From positions 32,001 through 96,000 of the forward strand of contig JAUWOR010000003.1 of assembly GCA_030612025.1 (NCBI GenBank): DNA of 64,000 bases, in the 5' to 3' direction. Source of the DNA: Dehalococcoidia bacterium (GTDB taxonomy: Bacteria > Chloroflexota > Dehalococcoidia > GIF9 > AB-539-J10). Below the pieces are notes generated by a model. The model worked only from the letters and a program-made list of their open reading frames with translations, was not told the DNA's origin and did no database searches. This document shows positions 57,378 through 64,000 of this stretch, piece after piece. The first letter of the stretch is position 1, and every line of letters begins with the position of its first letter. A program made the position numbers and the translations under genes.

Positions 57378-57722
57378 ATGGCATTTAAAGCAGCTTTCCT
57401 TGCCCATGCTCCTGATGCCGAGCCAGAAAGGCACAGGTGCGTGATTGAAACGTCCAAGTACAAACTTTTTGTCGTGCTGCTGAGGAATCAAGAGCAAGCA
57501 ATTGAAGTGTGCCAAAAGCTTGTCAAAGAAGAGGGCGTTCACTCAATCCTCCTCTCCCCAGGATTTACACATCGGGATGTTGCGGGGATAGCAGAAGCGG
57601 TTGGAGAGAACGTTGGTGTTGCCGTAGCCAGAGGAGACGGTCCAAGCAGCAGAGTTTCAAGGGAAGTAATGAAAGGGGAAGGATGGTTCTCAAAAAAGAA
57701 ACAAAGAACGGAAGAGATTTGA
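57378..57722 (+). CDS. DUF6506-like protein
   Basis: MAFKAAF.A..PD..PE.HR, EG...I.L.PGF; GGAGGTG SD. Confidence 0.7.
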   Translation: MAFKAAFLAHAPDAEPERHRCVIETSKYKLFVVLLRNQEQAIEVCQKLVKEEGVHSILLSPGFTHRDVAGIAEAVGENVGVAVARGDGPSSRVSREVMKGEGWFSKKKQRTEEI

Positions 57723-57927
57723 AAATCTAAAAAAACGAGCTGTGGCACGGACTTTTCACACAGTCTGACATTAGCCGATAACTCCCTGTAAGTTTAGCAC
57801 TCTGTGAAGGGAAGCCTCTTTCCAACGTGTTGGCAGGGTAACAAATGTCCAGATTGTGTGCTGCAGCGTTTCGCCTGCAGAATATGATATAATCGCATCG
57901 AATAACTCTGTAGTTTTGGTTGATAAT

Positions 57928-59409
57928 GTGGCACTAACTAGTGATTCCCCTTCATCATATCTGTGGCGGATTCAATGGAGGGAAAGGGCGTTCCAGTGGA
58001 TTAGACAGAAAAGACAGTATTATGATTTTGACTTAGACAGTTGCTTGAGCAAACTAGAGGAGAACCCTTTACTGCGTGAAGCTGCTCTGGCTGCGTTTTG
58101 GTGTGCTTATCTTGCTAATGAATTACCACCGATTCTGACTGATCTCCAGGATGAAAGAATAAAAAAACTCCTATACTATGGTTCTTTGCATGATTTACAC
58201 TCAGAAGATATAAAAGACCTAGCTTTTGTCAAACTTCATCTGGCCGGGTTGCTAGCTATTTGCCTCATACGCCCTGATTGGCCAATCGCTGAGAACCCCA
58301 GTGCCAAGGCAATGCTTGAAAAAATACTGGAGGCATATCGGTTAGCCGAACGGCCGAGTATTATCGACGAAATCATTGATGACCCGTCTGGCTGGGGTAA
58401 TAAATACTTCGATGAGAACCTATTTACATTCTCATTAGTAATGGTGAGCGGCATCGCCCGTGTTGAACTATCTTTTTGGCGTATCGAGCAGACAAACTAT
58501 GAAGAGGCCTTTTGGGATATTACTAATGGTGCTTGGGATATCTGCGCGACCACAGTCGAAGACAAATCAAGCGAGCTACCAAACTTCAGACCATATTTGC
58601 CCCATTCGGGAAGCCAATTTAGTATTCAAGAGGTCGCTGATATTTTTGAACAAGTTAAGAGGCATTCTAAAGGTATAAAGGACTGGGAATATATGCAAAT
58701 GGGCTGTGAAGCAATTCAACACCTTGGATACTGCGACCTTTATGATTTTCTTGATGATATCAGGGATGACAATGGAGAGACATATGGTGCTATTGAATAC
58801 TGGGGAAGGGCTGCTACTTTCGCTGAACAGCAAAAGTATTTTACTGACCTTCCAATCAATGTCCTTACTAGAGATACGATCAAAAGAAATGAAACGGAAG
58901 AGAGACTAAAAAGAGATTTCTTATGTGACATCTGGGAGGAAATGGATGAAAAGGCACAGGATATCCTAGTGGGTGCAGAAATGCAGTGGGAGTATAGAAG
59001 GCCGGATAATATGGTAAAGGAGATTCGTCCGATGCTCGAGCTCATACTTCCCTCTGTCTTTTTGTTTCTAGAGCCTACGATTAAGCAAAGCGACGGGCGT
59101 TTGATCCTGACCCACATGAGGGATGAACTTAGAACAAATAGAGTCGTTAGAGCGTCAATAAATGGTCTAAGAATGGATGTCCGTGACAAGGAATGGGTCA
59201 AGAATGAATTACCTGATTTTCTTCAGAAGGTGATTGATGCCAGAAACTACTTCGAAAAAGAACAGCATTTGTCTAGCAAAAAGTCTTATAAGTATCTGCA
59301 AATGACAGAAAAGGCAGTATCTATTCACAGGGAATTGCTAGGTATTGGATGCGAAGGCGTGCTGCCACGGCTGATGAAAATCAAACAGGCTGCCTACCGA
59401 GGAAAGTGA
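57928..59409 (+). CDS. Large hypothetical helical protein
   Basis: Long uninterrupted ORF; no recognised motif; start uncertain (57856 or 57928). Confidence 0.7.
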   Translation: MALTSDSPSSYLWRIQWRERAFQWIRQKRQYYDFDLDSCLSKLEENPLLREAALAAFWCAYLANELPPILTDLQDERIKKLLYYGSLHDLHSEDIKDLAFVKLHLAGLLAICLIRPDWPIAENPSAKAMLEKILEAYRLAERPSIIDEIIDDPSGWGNKYFDENLFTFSLVMVSGIARVELSFWRIEQTNYEEAFWDITNGAWDICATTVEDKSSELPNFRPYLPHSGSQFSIQEVADIFEQVKRHSKGIKDWEYMQMGCEAIQHLGYCDLYDFLDDIRDDNGETYGAIEYWGRAATFAEQQKYFTDLPINVLTRDTIKRNETEERLKRDFLCDIWEEMDEKAQDILVGAEMQWEYRRPDNMVKEIRPMLELILPSVFLFLEPTIKQSDGRLILTHMRDELRTNRVVRASINGLRMDVRDKEWVKNELPDFLQKVIDARNYFEKEQHLSSKKSYKYLQMTEKAVSIHRELLGIGCEGVLPRLMKIKQAAYRGK

Positions 59410-59493
59410 AGGAGATTACTGCGAGGGAAAATCTACTTCGCCAGATGCGCAAGTACTGCACAAAAGCCTGTTTTGTTACCTAATTGCACATTT

Positions 59494-59639
59494 GTCCATT
59501 TTGTTTAACCTCGCATATGAGGGAGAATCGATTTCCAAATGTTGGCGGGCTAATCTGCTTCAAAAGGAGTCAGTAGCTTTGCTTGAGTGTCCCTCTATTG
59601 GAGTTCTTACTTCCTCTTGATTACTGAGTTCACCACCTT
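59494..59639. repeat. Diverged duplicate of the tkt 3' end plus downstream region (61020-61171)
   Basis: gtccattttgtttaacc...gggaga...ctgcttcaaaa...ggagttcttacttcctcttga in both; encodes VVNSVIKRK* versus AVKSVVKRK*. Confidence 0.88.
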
Positions 59640-59647
59640 TTACTTTA

Positions 59648-59730
59648 CCCGAGGTGGCGGAACGGTAGACGCGGCGGACTTAAAATCCGTTTCCTGAAAA
59701 GGAGTGTGGGGGCGAGTCCCTCCCTCGGCA
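59648..59730 (+). pseudogene. Degenerate full-length tRNA-Leu(TAA) copy
   Basis: G1 changed to C; T-loop GGCGAGT instead of TTCGAGT. Confidence 0.85.
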
Positions 59731-59965
59731 CCTCCTACTTAAATCGGTCAATTTGCCGCCCAAGTGCTTCTTCTTTGCGAGGCTCAAGGACATCCACACA
59801 GAACGCCTGAACAAAATAGCGTAATGTTCATTGACAAAGCTTACCTTGATATCTCGCCCGGACTATACCACACCACTCTATCCACATGATATACTGATGC
59901 CCAAAGGAGTGGGTTCTGTCAGCGAGAGGGCAAGCACTTCAAATAGCAAACGGGAGGACAAAGAC

Positions 59966-60259
59966 GTGGTAGAGTCAGCCGACCGAGAGGCTAAGTTTGG
60001 TGAGCGGATGATTGAGCTGAAGGTATGTTTTTGGACGGACGGGATTGCTGAAGGAAAAGGATATATCAGGCCAAAGCACGCTTGGACAAGGGGTGAGGTA
60101 AGGATTATCAAGAATGACCCTCATGGGATCGATCCCGTCCGCGGGTATAAGTTCAACTCTCTCATGGAGATACCCAGTGCTATTGAGAAAGTATTAGTAG
60201 AACACGATATACAGCTTCATCTCTGCTCTAAGATGGACAGATACGTCCTGTGCCTGTGA
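59966..60259 (+). CDS. Hypothetical protein
   Basis: GTG after GGAGG; FWTD.IA...KHAW..G.V....N..HGI pattern. Confidence 0.7.
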   Translation: MVESADREAKFGERMIELKVCFWTDGIAEGKGYIRPKHAWTRGEVRIIKNDPHGIDPVRGYKFNSLMEIPSAIEKVLVEHDIQLHLCSKMDRYVLCL

Positions 60260-60393
60260 ATCCGACGTTCTGCTGGCCAGAAACCTACAGAGTTCGGTTT
60301 TTGTCCCTACTCAGGCTGAGCTTGTCTTAGAACTCTACAAGGCATGAGAATTGAACGAAAGGGTGTAATGTTATTAAGATATGGAGGCTCACA

Positions 60394-60966
60394 GTGAATG
60401 ATACTGTAGACAGGCTGCTGGAGGCCAAGTTCTTCTTAGAGCGCATGAAGGAGACGCAGTCTAACCGTTTTGCTTTCAAATGCTATCTGACTGCATTCTT
60501 GAGTTTAGCACGAAGTGTCACTTGGATTATGCAAAAGGAATTCGATAAGGCTCCGGGTTTTGCGGGATGGTATGATGAGGTGCGTAGCAAGATGATAAAA
60601 GATAGTGATATGAACTTATTGAAGAAAAAACGAAATTTCACGATTAAAAAGAGCCCTGTTCAACTTCAAGCGCATGTTGACGTTTCTATCAGTGCTCCAA
60701 CGGCAAACATTACGGTTACCGCACATCCCCCGACTGTAATCATTACTAAAACTGATGGAACCGTTGAGCAGAGGGTGGAACCAGCGCCGACCCCATCACC
60801 TTCATCACCTGTGACCGGTGAGACAACAACTGAGGGTAAGGTAATAACAGAGTGGCGGTGGTTCTTCGATGACTTGCCAAATAAGGATGTTATCACTTGG
60901 TGCGAGGAGCAGGTGTCCAAACTAAACACTCTCGTTGCAGAATGCAAATCTAAGTTTGCATCTTAA
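60394..60966 (+). CDS. Hypothetical protein
   Basis: GGAGG SD; EA.FFL..M...AFL..ARSV...Q.E...RN pattern. Confidence 0.72.
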   Translation: MNDTVDRLLEAKFFLERMKETQSNRFAFKCYLTAFLSLARSVTWIMQKEFDKAPGFAGWYDEVRSKMIKDSDMNLLKKKRNFTIKKSPVQLQAHVDVSISAPTANITVTAHPPTVIITKTDGTVEQRVEPAPTPSPSSPVTGETTTEGKVITEWRWFFDDLPNKDVITWCEEQVSKLNTLVAECKSKFAS

Positions 60967-61143
60967 GATAATATAAGTTTTCCTGAGAATCTGGTTGGTA
61001 CAGGCTACTTTCAACAATAGTCCATTTTGTTTAACCCATATATGAAGGGAGAGTTGATTTCAAAATGCTAGTGGAGCTAAGCTGCTTCAAAAAAGAGCCA
61101 ACAGCTTCTGTAGCTTTACTTGAGCGTTCCTCTACGGGAGTTC

Positions 61144-62079
61144 TTACTTCCTCTTGACCACCGACTTCACCGCTACCTCAATATCTTTGGCAGTCAATCC
61201 ATATCTTTGAAGCAGCTCATCGGCTTTGCCTGAGAGGGCATAGCTGTCTTTGAGGTTAACAAACTCCATAAGAATTGGTTTTTCCCTAGCTACCACTTGA
61301 GCAACACGGCTGCCTAAACCTCCCTGGGCTAGATGTTCTTCAGCAACAACAATAGCCCCTGTCTCTGAGGCTGCTCTGACTATGACTTCTTCATCTAAGG
61401 GCTTAAGGGTGGGCATGTTGATTACACGGCAATCTATCCCTTGCCTTGCCAAGATATCTGATGCCTCCAAAGCCCTGGCTACCATAATGCCCATAGTGAT
61501 AACGGTGGCATCCTCGCCTTGTCTCATGGTCACTGCCTTGCCCAAGGTAAAGTGATAGCTTTCAGGATAGACAAGTGGCGTTTTAGGGCGGCTTAGCCTG
61601 ATATAAAAAGGCCCATATGTGGCTGCAGCTACCTTTACTGCCTCGGCAGTCTCCATGGCATCGGCGGGAACAACAACAGTAAAGCCGGGCAGGGAACAAT
61701 ATAAAGCTAAGTCCTCAATGGCATGATGTGATGTGCCATCCTCACCCACGCTAATGCCACTATGAGTGGCTACGATTTTGACATTTAACCTGGGCTGAGA
61801 TAGACACATCCTTAGCTGGTCAAAACAGCGGCAGGAGGCAAAGACAGCAAAAGTGCTGGCAAATACTGTTTTCCCTGAGGCAGCCAAACCAGCCGCTATG
61901 GCGATCATATTTTGCTCTTCTAAGCCACAATCAAAAAAACGGTCTGGGAACTCCCGGGCAAAGAAGTGAGTCATGGTTGAAGGCGACAAATCAGCATCAA
62001 GGACAATGATATCCTTGTTTTCTTTGCCTAGCTCTACCAGAGTCTTGCCATAGGTTTCCCGAGTGGAGACTTTAATCAT
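61144..62079 (-). CDS. Transketolase, C-terminal subunit
   Basis: DADL..ST, EQNM, GEDG.SH, PAD, KPLD and EEH motifs. Confidence 0.95.
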   Translation of the reverse strand: MIKVSTRETYGKTLVELGKENKDIIVLDADLSPSTMTHFFAREFPDRFFDCGLEEQNMIAIAAGLAASGKTVFASTFAVFASCRCFDQLRMCLSQPRLNVKIVATHSGISVGEDGTSHHAIEDLALYCSLPGFTVVVPADAMETAEAVKVAAATYGPFYIRLSRPKTPLVYPESYHFTLGKAVTMRQGEDATVITMGIMVARALEASDILARQGIDCRVINMPTLKPLDEEVIVRAASETGAIVVAEEHLAQGGLGSRVAQVVAREKPILMEFVNLKDSYALSGKADELLQRYGLTAKDIEVAVKSVVKRK

Positions 62080-62082
62080 GAT

Positions 62083-62320
62083 TTCACCCTCACCTTAGTT
62101 CCTTCGCTACGCTCAGGACTAGCCTCACCTCCCATCGAGGGAGAGGAAAGTTGTTGATAGCCTTAATCCCCTCCCTTGAAGGGATATGAGATTGCTTCGC
62201 TGCGCTCGCAATGACAATAAAATACTCTCATTTTTTCGTAGTTGCCTTGGGTAATCAGGCAATATCGCCCAATAAATTGGGCAACTACATTTTTTAAAGC
62301 TTCGGCTCACCGCAATGACA
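62083..62320. repeat. Composite of family C, family A and GTAG-REP repeats between the tkt subunit genes
   Basis: ttcaccctcacc...gggagagg; gagattgcttcgctgcgctcgcaatgaca; gtagttgcc...gggcaactac (62238-62288). Confidence 0.85.
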
Positions 62321-62324
62321 GCCA

Positions 62325-63221
62325 CTATTCTAGCTCCTTTAGCGCCCTTTCTGCTTCTTCTGGGGTAGGCGCCTTGCCATGAAATTTTGCCTTGTTTTCC
62401 ATAAAACTGACACCTTTGCCTTTGATAGTGCGGGCAATGATGACAGGGGGCTTGTTTTTAATTTTTTCAGCTTCCTTGAAAGCAGCTAGAATTTGATTGA
62501 AGTCGTGACCATCTACATCAATAGTGTGCCAGCCAAAAGCTTGCCATTTCTGGCTCAAAGGCTCAAGGTTCATGATATCTCGAGTCCAGCCAGTGAGCTG
62601 AATTTGGTTGCAATCCACGATTGCAGTTAAGTTATCTATTTTGAAGTGGGCGGCTGAGAGAGCCGCTTCCCAAGTTTGTCCTTCATCACATTCCCCATCG
62701 CTAAGGAGGACGTAGGTTCTATAGTCACGATGGTCAAGCTTAGCGGCTAAAGCAACACCAATACCAAAGGATAAACCCATGCCTAGAGAGCCGGCGGACA
62801 TCTCCCCTCCGGGAGTAAGATTCCTATCAGTATGTCCCTGAAGTCGGCTATCCAGCTTTCTTAGGGTAGCTAATTCCTCCACGGGGAAATAGCCACTTTC
62901 AGCTAAGGCGGCATATAAGATTGGGGCAGCGTGTCCTTTGCTCAATATGAATCGGTCGCGGTCTAGCCACTGGGGATTTTGCGGGTTATGGCGCATAGCT
63001 TTGAAGTAAAGTGCGGTGATAATATCAGCGGCTGATAGAGAACCGCCTGGATGCCCGCTGCCCGCTGTGGCTGTCATAGTAATTACATGACGACGCAGCC
63101 TTTTAGCCATTTCTTTAAGCTCCTCTATAGACAAGTTGAATGTGTTAGCTTGCGAGGCAGGCTCAGGAGGTACTTTGATATGATTTGGCATCTGTTGCGT
63201 GGGTAAATTGTAACCTAGCAA
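62325..63221 (-). CDS. Transketolase, N-terminal subunit
   Basis: GHPGGSLS, DRFILSKGH, LQGH, SDGE.DEG..WEA, KGKG, HG; start uncertain. Confidence 0.95.
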   Translation of the reverse strand: MLGYNLPTQQMPNHIKVPPEPASQANTFNLSIEELKEMAKRLRRHVITMTATAGSGHPGGSLSAADIITALYFKAMRHNPQNPQWLDRDRFILSKGHAAPILYAALAESGYFPVEELATLRKLDSRLQGHTDRNLTPGGEMSAGSLGMGLSFGIGVALAAKLDHRDYRTYVLLSDGECDEGQTWEAALSAAHFKIDNLTAIVDCNQIQLTGWTRDIMNLEPLSQKWQAFGWHTIDVDGHDFNQILAAFKEAEKIKNKPPVIIARTIKGKGVSFMENKAKFHGKAPTPEEAERALKELE

Positions 63222-63325
63222 TAGCCTATATGTCTATGGCTATTGACAAATATTTCTAAGTTTTTGTAGACAATCCCGCTCCTAGCTAAGAAATACTGGG
63301 CAAATTTAGGTATAATACGGCAAAA

Positions 63326-64000
63326 GTGATTATAGACTTTCACACTCATATATTCCCTCCCTGGATAAAGGAACGGCGTGATGAATATCTCAAGCGTGAT
63401 TCCTGCTTCTCCCTGCTTTATTCTCAACCAAAAGCTAAACTGGTAACCGCTGAAGAGTTGATTGCCAGCATGGATAAGAACGGGATTGATTTATCCGTTG
63501 CTCTCAATATAGGTTGGGTGAGCCATGAACTTTGTGTGGAAACTAACGATTATATCCTGGATTCCATATCACGCTATCCCGACAGGCTTATCGGCTTCTG
63601 TAGCGTTCAACCTAAGGCTGGGGATGCTGCTATAATTGAGCTAGAGCGCTGTGCCAAAGCCGGAGCTAGAGGGATTGGGGAAATGAGGTCTGATGTGCAG
63701 GGCTTTGACCTGACAGATAAAACGATTATGAAGCCTCTAGTTGATGCCGCGAGGAAACACAATTTAATTTTTCTAACCCATTCCTCCGAGCCTGTGGGAC
63801 ATCAATATATTGGCAAAGGCAGCATTACTCCCGACGTCCTCTACTCTTTTGTATTAAGCTTCCCCGATTTGAAGCTGGTTTGTGCCCATTGGGGTGGTGG
63901 TTTGCCCTTCTACGCCTTAATGCCTGAGGTAGCTCAAGTGTTGACTAACGTTTTCTTTGATACCGCCGCCACCGTTTTTCTTTACCAACCTCAGATTTTC
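63326..64000 (+). CDS. Amidohydrolase_2-family protein (runs off window end)
   Basis: MIIDFHTHIFP...GIGE...THSSEPVGH.Y.GKG...CAHWGGG...FFDTAA. Confidence 0.9.
   Translation, partial: MIIDFHTHIFPPWIKERRDEYLKRDSCFSLLYSQPKAKLVTAEELIASMDKNGIDLSVALNIGWVSHELCVETNDYILDSISRYPDRLIGFCSVQPKAGDAAIIELERCAKAGARGIGEMRSDVQGFDLTDKTIMKPLVDAARKHNLIFLTHSSEPVGHQYIGKGSITPDVLYSFVLSFPDLKLVCAHWGGGLPFYALMPEVAQVLTNVFFDTAATVFLYQPQIF

Noticed and set aside
57794-57820. CIRCE element
   Set aside because: Only the left arm TTAGCACTC is present; the right arm does not match and no heat-shock gene follows.
406-63427. Many antisense or overlapping ORFs in the track (e.g. 406-648, 1875-2252, 36978-37505, 43679-44131, 53988-54248, 55931-56260, 56257-57000)
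   Set aside because: They are shadows of well-supported genes or tRNAs, without SD or motifs.

Overview
A 64-kb segment of an anaerobic bacterial chromosome, most likely Chloroflexota, class Dehalococcoidia (inferred from gene content and protein style, not from a search). It has three parts. (1) 1-23 kb is housekeeping: partial polA, argF, der, plsY, gpsA, dnaJ, two ClpC-type ATPases, tRNA-Ala, leuS, proC, coaD, rsmD, radA, ispD and ispF. (2) 23.4-44.5 kb is an Fe-S/sulfur/thiol-redox neighbourhood. Its core is a DUF134-headed operon encoding a run of small Gly/Tyr/Pro/Arg low-complexity proteins, two NifB/NifX proteins, two ferredoxin-inserted MinD-like ATPases, a CoA-disulfide-reductase-like flavoprotein, a Cys-less Mrp and IscU. 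Five proteins spread over 17 kb end in the same short coiled-coil motif. This is the best candidate for an undescribed system: a cytoplasmic Fe-S or sulfur storage condensate with a coiled-coil docking tag (a hypothesis). (3) 44.5-64 kb holds gatB, secG, tRNA clusters that act as integration hotspots, and transketolase. tRNA-Arg(CCT) is flanked by both a 5'-half and a 3'-half duplicate, and tRNA-Leu(TAA) occurs three times, once fused to a duplicate of the tkt 3' end. Three families of short palindromic repeats or MITEs occur throughout; several form protein termini or ribosome-binding sites. No CRISPR array or rRNA was seen. All family assignments come from motif recognition, not database searches.
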